This document shows positions 1 through 10,988 of a stretch of 43,447 nucleotides of DNA, one piece after another; within the stretch, counting starts at the first letter, position 1, and each line of letters starts with the position of its first letter. Location: NCBI GenBank assembly GCA_001600695.1, contig BCKQ01000019.1, positions 1,111 through 44,557 on the forward strand, read 5' to 3'. The translations under genes were made by a program, and so were the position numbers. Below the pieces are notes generated by a model. The model saw only the letters and a program-made list of their open reading frames with translations. It had not been told where the DNA came from and did no database searches. This stretch comes from Ascoidea asiatica JCM 7603. Lineage: Eukaryota; Fungi; Ascomycota.

Positions 1-856
1 CTGTGTTTGAAGTTTAGTATGTGAAATTGAAATTCTGAACTTTCAGATTTTCACTTCTCATACATTTTCAAATGGTATAAATAGAGGTTGTTTTTCCCTT
101 ACTTTTCAAAATTATTTTTCTTTATTTTTATTTTATATCTTTAAGAATTTTTATTATAGCTTTTATATATTATCTTTTAATATATTCTAATCATTATTTT
201 TATTAATTATCTTTTATAGAAATCTTATTTTATTAGGAATAGATTCTTAAGGGACTAGCTGCACTAGTGTCCTGTTTACTCTGACACACTGGGATATACA
301 CAGTAAGAATTTTGCCGTATCTAACATGAAACTAGGGTTCGCAAATTCATCCATCTAGAAGGGGTCGCTTCCTTGATCCGGCTGGCATTTCGGATTAAAC
401 ACATATCCGGATAGTCCCTACATCCTAACTCTTCTTTTATTATCCTTGTGCCCAGTGGTTAGCTCTAATATGTTGTTAGAGGCTTCACGAATATGGCTGG
501 TACCAATCCCAAGGTCATTTCTATTTTGTACACTATACCTGACGTACGCAACCATGAGCTATGCCATGTCTTTAGAATATCCCATGATATCCCACATTCT
601 GTAGAGCTGTGCAAAACTCAAGCAAGGTCATGTGAATTCATGTATCCTTCAGTCAACTTTATGGAAAATATTTAAATTTTTGCCGAATTGTGCTTCTATA
701 TGCATAATTATACATAGTGTACACACATTATTGTATAATACATAACGTTTTTACGTTTACAATAGATACGTGTCGTTTAGACCTTCACCACCTATGATGT
801 TACTACCAATATATGCCCTAAGATAGATCGATCTCTATTATATCTGCCAACTAACA
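1..856 (+). mobile_element. Probable LTR (5' part outside window), includes left arm of the inverted repeat
   Basis: TATAAATAGAGG at ~76-87 is followed by a T-rich tract, the same layout as the LTR-like segments at 3371 and ~7103. It ends in ...CCAACTAACA (856). Its inverted copy ends in TTCCAACA (TGTTGGAA at 2504), a typical Ty1/copia LTR terminus. The last ~60 bp weakly resemble the U5 end at 7545-7597 and 17707-17761. Confidence 0.45.
236..841 (+). repeat. Left arm of ~600-bp inverted repeat
   Basis: Collinear with the reverse complement of 2512-3118. The inner ~145 bp (698-841 vs 2512-2656) has only ~9 mismatches; the outer parts are roughly 60-80% identical by eye. Confidence 0.95.
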
Positions 857-1149
857 TATACAAGTTTAAAGAATGTTCTTTTAGTTCCGTTGTAGACCGA
901 ATATGTAGACCATTTTACAATAAACATTTCTATTTGAAAGTTGTTTGAGCTATACTCCATCATATTTGGAAGCTATCCCGGACTTTTTTCATTATATTCA
1001 TTTACAAATCCGGAGGTTGGAGCTGTCACGAAACACATTGTGTGAATATTAAGCATAAAAACAAAAAAATTGGACAATAGAAAATTAAAATAAAATCGCA
1101 TAAAGAAAAATACATCTTTGCGCCTCGTTAAATAAATTTCAGTTAAATA

Positions 1150-1490
1150 AAAGTGGTTTCGTTAATATTTTTCTCAAATTCTAACAGAACCTAAGCGAGA
1201 CTAAAGGTTTCGGTAAAATATAAATGGTTTCTGCAAAAAATATCTGAAACAACGAAATAATATGCATCTTGAAATATGGTTTCAACAAAAGTTATCTGAA
1301 AGCGCCAAATAATATCCATTATAAAATGTTCTTGCACTAAAATAAAAATAATGTTTCCTGAAACGGCAACGAAAATTAAACCAGGGTAAAGGTTTCAGTA
1401 ACATAAACATTGTTTCAACAAGCTTTATTCTAAACTTATGAAAAATTTTAACTGTAAAAAAAGGTACTCATTTTAAAAAATGGTTTTACC
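1150..1490. repeat. Degenerate tandem repeats in IR spacer (~52-bp unit, recurring GGTTTC/TGAAAC)
   Basis: ATGGTTTC..AAAA.TATCTGAAA...AAATAATAT.CAT occurs at 1224-1275 and 1276-1327. TAAAGGTTTC.GTAA.ATA occurs at ~1202 and ~1387. Confidence 0.6.
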
Positions 1491-2511
1491 AAAATAAAAA
1501 GTAATAAAACGTTAAGAAATAAATAATATTATAGTAGATAAAGGAGGCTCAAAATTATTAATTTTCTTTTTCGTTCTGTTTAGTTTCTTTTTGAAATAAT
1601 TGTGAATGTACAAATGGTTAACGGTAGTAAATATTTTTTAAATTTGATTTTTTGAAATAGGGTAATAGTCATTTCCTACTTTATTGAATCACAATCTTTA
1701 ATTAAAAGGCTGGTTCCCCTTACACCAAATGTTATCTTTCTTGGTCCGTGTTTTTTCCATATGAAGAAGAAGGATTACATAAATTGATATGAAGCTATTT
1801 GTGCCAATATTGTTTTCAACACCGCTTTTAAACTAAAGCTTTGCTTCGATAACAAAGGGTGTGTTGGAATCATGTTAGACCATGTATTACACTTTGCTGT
1901 TTTTCTTTTGAACATGAAGCATTTTATGTTGAAATTATCAGATGTTTAGCAAAATGTTTGTTTGGTTGTGGGATTGGTAGAATATTGTTTAAATCCGTTT
2001 ATTAGAGGTCGGTGGGTGGTTGATTCCAGCTGGGTCGGGCGCGGGTGCAAATCGCAAATACGGTTACCCTCGTGAAGTTCGTTAAATATTTTTTCAGAAT
2101 ACTAAATTCGGTTCCCAGTAACACCTCAGTATGTAAGTCTTTATTTTTGGAACTTTTTAGCTTTCCTACGTCAAGACGTAGACAAACTGTTAATATTTGG
2201 ATGTCTAGAATCTGACATTGGATGTGTTCTTTTTAACGACATTTTGTTATCCAATAGTAATAGTTTACAACTATTAGAGCTTGATATCAGGAATATGGTT
2301 ATTTAAAATTATTCCAAAAATATATATAAAAACACAAACAAAAATAAGAGAAAAATAGACAACTGTTTCCACTTTTCATTTTTGCAAAAGAATGAACAAT
2401 ATCAGGATCTTTGAACACAAAACTAAAACACTGAGAACATATAGATCTTCAATGCTGCTTTAAAAAAAGAAAAAAAAATAAACTAAAATAAAGCATTAAT
2501 TTTTGTTGGAA

Positions 2512-3118
2512 ATAATAGAGATCTATATATGCTAGGGCATATATTGGTACTAACACCATAGGTGGTGAAGGTCTAAAAGACACATATCTATTGTAAACGT
2601 AAAATCGTTATGTATTATACAATAATGTGTGTACACTATGTATAATTATGCATATACATGCATAATTAGGCATAAATATACATATTCTTGAATAAAGATG
2701 CATTAAGTAGCATGAAGAATACATCAATTTACATGACCTTGCAGTATTCTGTGTACAGGTACTCAGATAGTCGGATATAATGGGATATACTAGAGACATG
2801 GCATAGGTCATGTGTGGTTACGTCAGGTATAGCGTACAAAGTAGAAAAGACATTGAGATTGGTACCAGCCATAGTCGTACAACCTTTAAAAGCATATTAA
2901 AGCTAAGCCACTCGGTACGAGGATAATTAAAGAGGAGTTAGGATGTAGGGTCTATCCGGATAGAAGTTAAATCTGAAAGGCCAATGGGATGCAGGCAGGG
3001 ACGCCTTCTGGATAGCTGGATTGGCTAAGCCTAGTTTGAGATAAGGTATAATTCTCACTGTGTATACCGAATTTTAAACAGCAGACTAGTGGAGATAGTC
3101 CCGTAAGGGATCTATTCC
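2512..3118 (-). repeat. Right arm of ~600-bp inverted repeat (probable inverted LTR fragment, terminus TGTTGGAA at 2504)
   Basis: Reverse complement aligns to 236-841, e.g. TATGGCTGGTACCAAT, TATACCTGACGTA, TAGACCTTCACCACCTATG. Confidence 0.95.
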
Positions 3119-3463
3119 GAGTACGGCTGCGGGATTAAAGATTATTCCCGGCAATTAGTGTGATTGTCTACCCCACTGGAAAGTGGGCTGATTGGTTTTA
3201 CTATGGTAAAATTGAAATATGAATTTCAATTGATTTCTAATCAAGTTTTCATCCCTATTTACAAGGTAAAGTTGATTCCTACCCTGATTCTACGAAGGAA
3301 TCCTGGGACTTTTGGGAATTCCCGAGAATTCTCGATAGTTCTGCGGGACTCCGTAGGAATCCTGAATTAATATAAAAGGAATCGATTTCCACTTATTTTT
3401 TTATATAATATATTTAGTTTTCTTTTTAGATCATTTATTAGCACGAGTTAATTGAGTATTACA
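3119..3463 (+). mobile_element. LTR-like fragment
   Basis: Relatively GC-rich U3-like segment with repeated AGGAATC motifs and TATAAAAGG at 3371. A T-rich tract follows and the segment ends ...TATTACA (3463), directly upstream of copia pol remnants. There is no second copy in the window. Confidence 0.4.
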
Positions 3464-3669
3464 TAGTTTCTAAGTACGTAAAATTTATATATTCGATTTT
3501 GTAAAATGAATGAAAATTCACAACAAAAATCTTAACTCAAAACCATATAATGGTACTAACAGCAATGCATACAGCCATAATGCAATTACTGCTGAAACTC
3601 AATCATCAACTACTTGATTTCCTGAAGGAAACAACTGTTTGTTTTTTTTAAATGTTAATAATGCTTCTC

Positions 3670-6600
3670 ATCCTATCTTATAGGATACAGGGGTAACGTC
3701 TCTGTTACCAGTGATAGAACTTTACTTAAAACTTTTAGAACAAGTCAAGTATTAATTAAAGGAGTTGGTGATACTGCACAGTATACTAAAGGAACTGGTC
3801 CTATGACTATCAAGTTTCCTGATAACTCTTCACAAGATGTTTAAGCTATGCTCATTAAAAATGGCAGAACCCTAATTAGTTTTGCTGCTTTTGATGCCAG
3901 ACACTTTCAACTACTTGATGGTAAACTTTCCTGCAATGACTTCATCATAGGTGTTATGGAAAATGGACTTCTTTTTTTCTTGTTGGAGAGAATATAGCAA
4001 TTGTTAAACAAAATCCATCAAATAACTTTGCTTATCATGTTTACAATTCTCAACCACATTTAGTTATTCAAAAATTAAAAGACTATTCAGCTGGATCAAA
4101 GAAAGTTGATAATTCATATTCTATACAGCATAATGAAGATTCAATTTTTGACAAAAATTCAGTCAAACTTACTAGTCTTAATGAAAAATATTTACGTATT
4201 CGAGAAGATAAAATACTTAACTTATACTATTCATTAGGTCATCTATCTGCCTCTACACTATTAAATTAATTTCCCGCTTAAGCTACAATACAAATTAAAA
4301 CAAGATGAACAATTCAGAATTGAAGTGTGTCAAATTTGAAAATTAATTAATGTGAAAAATAATTTGCCTACTACAACTTTGCCAGCTAAACTAACAGTCA
4401 GAAAGCTCCAAATTGACCTTTCAGACATCACCGGAAAAACTATGGAAAATACCAAGTTATTTTAATGGATGATTACAGTAGATTCACAACTGCATTTACT
4501 GTGAATGACAAAGCTTCTGTTAGCCCTGAAATAGATAAAATTAGTTCAAAAGGGAGCACCACATTAAATTTACCTGAACCTGAATTAAAAATTGATAATG
4601 GAACAGAGTACAAAAAATCTAAATACAATACAATGATTGGACTACCAGATGGATATGCATCTTTTCATAATGGCAGATGTGAATCAGGTATTAGAAAAGT
4701 AAAATCTATGACATCAAATATTTTATCTCATCATCCTTCTGTTTATCATGAACATCTATTTAATAAGGCTACAGAATTTGCTTGTGTTTTACTAAACAAG
4801 CAAATTCATCCCTCAACTAATGAGCTTCCTTTATTTGTATTTTTGAGAGACAGCCAAATAAGCTTACTTTTCCTCTATTTGGATCAGATGTATTGTATAG
4901 ATATAACACAAATAGTTGGGAATATCGTATATTCCTTGGATATAATGAGTACTCATGTACTTATAAACTTGCTAAAGCAACTACAAGTTTTTTGTTTGAT
5001 TCAGTTGCCGCTGTTACAGATATTAGTGAACTTGATTCTTTTAATGTTGTTAACAAAGTTTTATCAATTACTGTCAAAGCTACAAATCCTGACTCGGCAA
5101 TTCCAATATATCAAACACTTGTTTCTCAACCAACTACTATTCAAACAAAAGTTGACCCCAAGAACAGTCGTTCAGACCATAAATTTCTTCCACCATCAAA
5201 TTCAGATTTGGAAATTAAACTATCTGATGATCAGTTTATTCCTAAATCTTATGCACAAGCCACCCAATATCATTCTTGGGAAGATGGGATCCACATTGAA
5301 AAAAATCAAAATCCACAACTTCATGTATTTGAAGGCACTGATTCTCTACCAAAGAATGCAAAGGTATTTGCTGTAGGATGGATATTTAATATTAAAGTTG
5401 ATAATATCACTTTAAATCGTAAGCATAAAGCAAAACTTGTTGTATATGGCCAATTCTAAAAGTTTGATGACCCAACACTATTAAAATTTCAATTCAGTAG
5501 TCCTGGTTTGAATAAGGATCATTTTAGACTTCTCCTTTCATATGCTGCAACATTATAGGCTTAAGATTAAAACACTTGATATATCAACAGCATTCCTTCA
5601 TGCTCCAATTCTTGAAGAAAATTATTTTTTTAGAACCCCAAAAGGATTTAATGCTGATTTTAACACAAAATATGTTAAATTGAAGAAAATTCTTTATGGT
5701 CAAAGACAATCTCCTTTATCATTTTTCCTTCATTTTAAAAACATTTTACTGCAGTTAGAATGTACTCAGCTACTATCAGACCACTGCTGTTTTAAATCAT
5801 CAACTGGTTTACTAATAGCCATCTATGTGGATGATTGTATAATTTTAGGGACAAATATTAAAGACATTTCAACATTTGTGGACAAATTAAAAACTAAGTT
5901 ATCAATTAAAGAAACATCTTTCGAACTTTTTCTAAGGTTGGATTTCTCATCAAAAGATGGTGAAATTGTAATGACTTCTGATACCATTACAACCAGTATC
6001 CTACAAAAATTCAAATTTGTTGATTCAACCCCAAGATCGTCTCCTTATTTAAATTTTGATAAGTCAAAAATCATGCTTAAGGATAAAGATAAAAATCTTT
6101 ATCAACAAATCGTTCGTTCATTACTTTATTTAGCGACTCATAATCGTCTAGATATTGCTTTTGCTACACATGAACTAACCAAAAGTATGTCTTGTCCATC
6201 AACAAATGATTTAACTAGGGCTAAACATCTTCTTAGATATCTTAAAGGATCAATAAACTTTAAGTGCAAATTTGAATCAATCAATGGCAAAACAATTGAT
6301 CTTTAAGCAGATGCTTCTTATTCTACAAACAGTACTGCCGGTTATGTTTTAACATACCGTGGTAATATGGTATCATGGAAGTCATCAACTGTTGGGCCAA
6401 CCCTGCCTTTATCGTCTTATGAAGCGGAAAATATGGGCGCCACAATAGCTGCAAAAGTTATCTTTTATTTAATTTCTTTCATTGAAGAAATTGACACTGA
6501 GATCAAACATTATTCACCTTACAATATGTTCATTGATAATGTTGGACTAGTCTGCAAAATTAACAATTTTGAAATGGTTAGTCTTCCATATCCAAGACAC

Positions 6601-6753
6601 ATTACAATTAGGTTAAAATTTCTTTATGATATTACAAAGTTTGAATTGTTAAAAGTTTTACATATTTCTGGTAACTATAATCCTGATGATATAGTTACAA
6701 AACCTTTAACAACTTCCAAGCTTCAACACTATCTTAAAATTTTAAATTTTTAA
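3670..6753 (+). pseudogene. Decayed Ty1/copia pol of element 1 (PR-IN-RT-RNase H); gag not recognisable
   Basis: Protease DTG (3684-3692) followed by VSVTSDRTLL..KGVG..KGTG; SLGHLS (~4231). Integrase QIDL/DDYSRF/IDNGTEY/NGRCESGIR. RT GWIFNIK, KAKLVVYG, LDISTAFL, YVDD. RNase H ADASY, VSWKS, SSYEAE, FIDN, NPDDIVTKPL. IN precedes RT (copia order). Many stops and frameshifts. Confidence 0.93.
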
Positions 6754-6967
6754 AACAATATTATTTTTTATTTTTACTATGCCACACACACTTTAGTTTA
6801 ACAATCAAATATTTACTTTTTGCTACTGCAGACTTTCCTGACTTTAGCCTTAATTTTAAAACTTTTTCTTTTCTTTTCGTCCTATTCTTAATCTTAACTT
6901 TCCTGGGGGTTTATTTATTTTCTTTTTAACCAATCTTTTATTAATGTCATTCAAGATTGACAGGGAA

Positions 6968-7597
6968 TGTTAAGATATTAAGCTTTAAGCGGCATGTCAC
7001 TCATTGTGTCACACAATGTATGACATTACCCTCTTAGAACGCCACATCTTATTCGTCATTTCACCAACGTTGAGTCCTAAACTCTCCCTTGATTCTTGAT
7101 ATATAAATCCACGAAAATACCTTTCTTCTCTCTTCCTCGAGGAAAACAAATCAAGGACTTGTTTGATCTGAGCTTATATATGCTTATACTTATGCGTGTT
7201 TCTATTCTTATTTTTATTTTTCTTTATGTAGTGATTGAATACGTATCAGATTTCCATAGCGTAAGTTACGAGCGGTGTGAGCTAGTGATTGCCCTAGCAG
7301 TAACTGGTCACATGCCACCATATTGCACAGTTCTTGCAAAAATTTCAAGGTTTGCTATATGTGCTTTCAATCCAATTAAATTAGCCTAAACAAGCCTTTG
7401 TGTGGCTAATGAAGTTTACCTAAACATGTGATCTTTATAACATGTGACATCTGTTAGAAGAGTCAAATGATCACCTAAAACATGCTCGGTTTATGTTTCA
7501 GGTAACTATTTAAGTTGTCTATCTGCAAAGATAGAACTTACTCATCTTCTTACCACTTTTATAGTTAGTAAGACAAAATATACTTATATTTCTTATT
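6968..7597 (+). mobile_element. LTR between element 1 and element 2
   Basis: Purine tract GACAGGGAA (6959-6967) then TGTTAAG start, TATAAA at ~7103. The 3' part (7392-7597) is ~85% identical to 17555-17761 and is followed by a PBS-like sequence. Confidence 0.8.
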
Positions 7598-7610
7598 GGT
7601 TATTGAGCCT
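7598..7610 (+). other. Primer-binding-site-like sequence (Ty5/copia half-tRNA-iMet type)
   Basis: GGTTATTGAGCCT lies exactly where LTR homology ends. It is a near match (two single-base indels) to the Ty5 PBS GGTTATGAGCCCT. Confidence 0.55.
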
Positions 7611-7749
7611 ATTTACTTTAATAAAATTTATAAGTTAATATTTTTCCTTTTAAACAATTCTGATAATTCTTTAAATTTTTAATAAAATTCAACTACCTTT
7701 CTTTAAATAACAATTATCAACTACAAATTAAATTCAATTTGGATAAATT

Positions 7750-9215
7750 CTAGTTTTTATTTATTTTGTTTATCAATATAAACATTATAGAACCTCTAGT
7801 TTTTCTTAAATTCTTTTAATTTAAAATCAAGAAGCATAAGTTAAAATTTAATTTAGATAAATTGAAGTTCTTGTTTATTTTGTTTATCAATTTAAATATT
7901 ATAGAACTTTCATATTTCTCGAAAATTAATTTTTTCTATCAGCGCTTAATTTATTACAGCTGCATTAACTACCAAATTAATCATCTTAATATATCGTAAT
8001 TGTTCTTTTATTATTCAGAAAATTCAAAACAATAATCAATCTAAAATTCAATTTAGAGAAACTAAAGTTCTTGTTTATTTTGTTTATCAATTTAAATATT
8101 TTAGAATCTTTATAATTTCTCCAAAATTAAATTTTTCTGTCAGCGCTTAATTTATTTAAATCTTTCATAAATCAAAAACTATTACTAGAAGATTTTATAG
8201 TTCAACTGTCTTAAACTAATTAAATCACTACATTCAAGTCATACTTATTCTTAGAAAAATTGAAGTTCTTTTTTATTTTCTTTATCAATTTAAATATTAT
8301 AGATCTTCTATTTTCTTCATCAAAATTGAATTTTTAATCGGCGCTTAATTTATATTCTTAAATAACTTCCATTACTCTTCAATTCTACTTTAAATATCAA
8401 TATTTTAAAGGTTATTAATTCTTGTTTATTCTGTTTATCGTTATAAATATTTTAGAATTTTTAATCTTCCGAATAGATATCTTAAATATTTTCACATCCA
8501 AGAGTTAAATTCAATATCTTAAACTCTGAATCTTTATTAAAATTTTAGTTTTATTTTTACTTATTCTTATTTATTTTGTTTTTCAATATAAATAGTATAG
8601 AATTTGTATTTAATTTTACTAATTATTTTTCTTCTAAACAAAGTCATCAATGAAAGAATCATTTAAAGTCAATTAAAGTAACTTTTTATTTATAAAAGCT
8701 TCAGAATTTCTTTGTTTCATCCTGATAAATAGTACTTATATTAATTTCTGATTCCAATATCTAAAAACTTCTTTTAGTTTTACTTTAAATCATCTAAATT
8801 TCAAGTTTCAAAAATTATTGCATATCATAATTCTTCCTTACTTACATTTCAAATTATACTATTTCCACCAAAATAATAATCTTATTTAATAACACAATTC
8901 CCTTCAAATATTTCTCAATTCTATTTCTACTTTAATAAATTATATTAAATTTAAAATAATTTCTTGTTTATCTTGTTCATCAATATAAACATTTTAGAAA
9001 TTTCTTTGTTTTAATCTTTTATTACTTCGGATCTTCAACTTAAATTTTTTTCCTTTACTTCTAAAAACTTATATTCAATACTTTATTAAATATTGAATAC
9101 TTATTCAACTATTACAGACCGAATATTATCTTTTTCATCTGATTCTTTCCGTATTCTGAACTAATTTCTTAAAAATTTCTTGTTTAATTTGTTCATCATA
9201 TTAAATATCGTACAT
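7750..9215 (+). repeat. Array of ~8 copies of a ~40-bp motif in the 5' leader of element 2
   Basis: Consensus TTCTTGTTTATTTTGTTTATCAATWTAAATATTWTAGAA at ~7755, 7868, 8068, 8266, 8419, 8565, 8961, 9177. Copies 2-4 sit in ~200-bp units that also share GCGCTTAATTTAT. Confidence 0.9.
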
Positions 9216-9285
9216 TTTTTTAATTTAATTCGGTCTCAGTTTCTATTTGAATCAAACTGAGTTCTCATTCACTTATCTTAACCAA

Positions 9286-10974
9286 ATGAGTGACGTCCCT
9301 ATTGATGGTAACTTTGATAAAATTCTTGTTGGTAAACTTAATGATGATGATGTTGATGAATACATTCAGTTTATTTCAAAATTTCAAAAATTAAATCAAT
9401 TCGTTCCTGCTTGTTCAAAAAATCCCTTCTCTATTTCCTTCATTCACTATCGTATAAACCCTTTTAGACTTATTACTGTCGAAGAAATCAATCAAAATGA
9501 AATTAATCAAGGTGTCTTCTTACAAGCCAAAATTATCGAGAATTATCAACTTTCTATTCAACCAGAAGAGAAAACTTTCATTGACATTGAAAGAGAAAAT
9601 AGAACTGAAAGAATTCAATTCCTAAGAAATAATAACCCTAATAATCCTATTTTCCTTAATTATCCTAATGAATTTTTCACTAAACCTTTTATTAATTCTC
9701 CTATTAAATTAATCACAAATGATATTGCTTCAGGCAATGAAAATTCCAATATTGAAGATAATCAAATTGCAAAACTTCGTTTTGAAGTTATTAATTCTCC
9801 AGTCAAAAACTCTGATCATCTTGATACCTTTGTAGACAGAGTCTTCTCTCTCCTTCAATCTTTTCAATTCATCACTAATGAGCCTTCTGGTGTCTTTCTT
9901 TTACAAAATGACATTTCACCTCAAAATGAAGCTATCATTAAACAATTCTTGAATAATAATTTTCAAGAAAATCTAAATTTCTCTAGTCAACAACAAGTGT
10001 TTGATGATATTGAGTTTTCAAAAGTTAAAGTTCAAGTTTTAATCATGAAACTTCAAGAGAAAAAATTTGCCCTTGAAGACCCTTTCAATCAATTACGTTC
10101 GATCATCAACTTCAAATTAAGAAATGAAGTTCTGAAAAGTGCTAATCTACTATGACAGAAAATTCGAAAATTGTTTATTGAAATCCTTTCATCTGACCAC
10201 CAAGAACTAATCAAAGATCAAGATACTTATATCAAATTAACAAGAAAACTTTTCGATAAAAATGTATGTAAGGTCATTGCTAAATATTTTTTAGGAAACT
10301 ACATTAGAAGCATTAATACAGATAACTACATTAAATATAAAGATAAATTTGTCTCTTTATTATTAAATGATAAAGTCAAATTCATTGTTGAATCCAATTT
10401 AATTCCTCCTCAATTATTAAAATCTAGAAATGCTGAAAATTACAAATTAATTATCCAAAAGCTTAATAAGAATATAAAATTTTCTACTGAAATTTCAGAT
10501 GCTAGTAAAACTACTTTAGGTCAAAACTTTAATTCAAAAACTTCTTCACTTAAAAGATTAAAAATTTCTTCTGTTGATGCTAATTCTCAACTTCTTGCGT
10601 TAAATAACAAAACGAATTCATCTAATATCTTGTCTTCCAACACTGATACAGATGCTGAAGATATTTTACTTATCTCAGAAATTGATCCCCCTGAATTTTT
10701 TTCCCCTCCTTTCAAAACTATTCACGATGATGAGTTTTATCAATCTCATTCTGAAGGTCATAAACGTTGCTCTAATTGTAAAGTTTTCCAACATCATCAT
10801 TCGGTTTGTCCTATATTCCCTACAGACTTAACTAAATTTTACCAACTTCTAGTCTACTATAAAATGGCTCCTGATAACTCATTATTTGTTCAATTTTTTG
10901 ACAAATACTATGTTTCCATTATGAATATCAATGCTCTAAAAAATTTGAACATTTTGAGAAAAAAGTTTCTTTAA
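9286..10974 (+). pseudogene. Retrotransposon ORF with CCHC zinc knuckle (Gag-like/extra ORF), one in-frame TGA at 10153-10155
   Basis: ORFs 9247-10155 and 10171-10974 are in the same frame; first ATG at 9286. CSNCKVFQHHHSVC (10768-10809) fits CX2CX4HX4C. Confidence 0.75.
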
Positions 10975-10988
10975 TCAAGATTCCTAAC

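Noticed and set aside
842-2511. MAT-type flip-flop cassette between the inverted arms
   Set aside because: No HMG, alpha-box or homeodomain coding sequence was found in the frames I translated, and the arms are too diverged for efficient switching.
493-2811. Small ORFs 493-675 and 2608-2811 sharing ARSC.xMY.S
   Set aside because: The similarity comes from the DNA inverted repeat, and the frames are not maintained between the arms.
2499-3468. Target-site duplication around a 2504-3463 solo LTR
   Set aside because: The flanks ATTTT and TAGTT do not match.
7750-9215. CRISPR array
   Set aside because: Eukaryotic context, degenerate repeats, long irregular spacers that resemble each other, and no cas genes.
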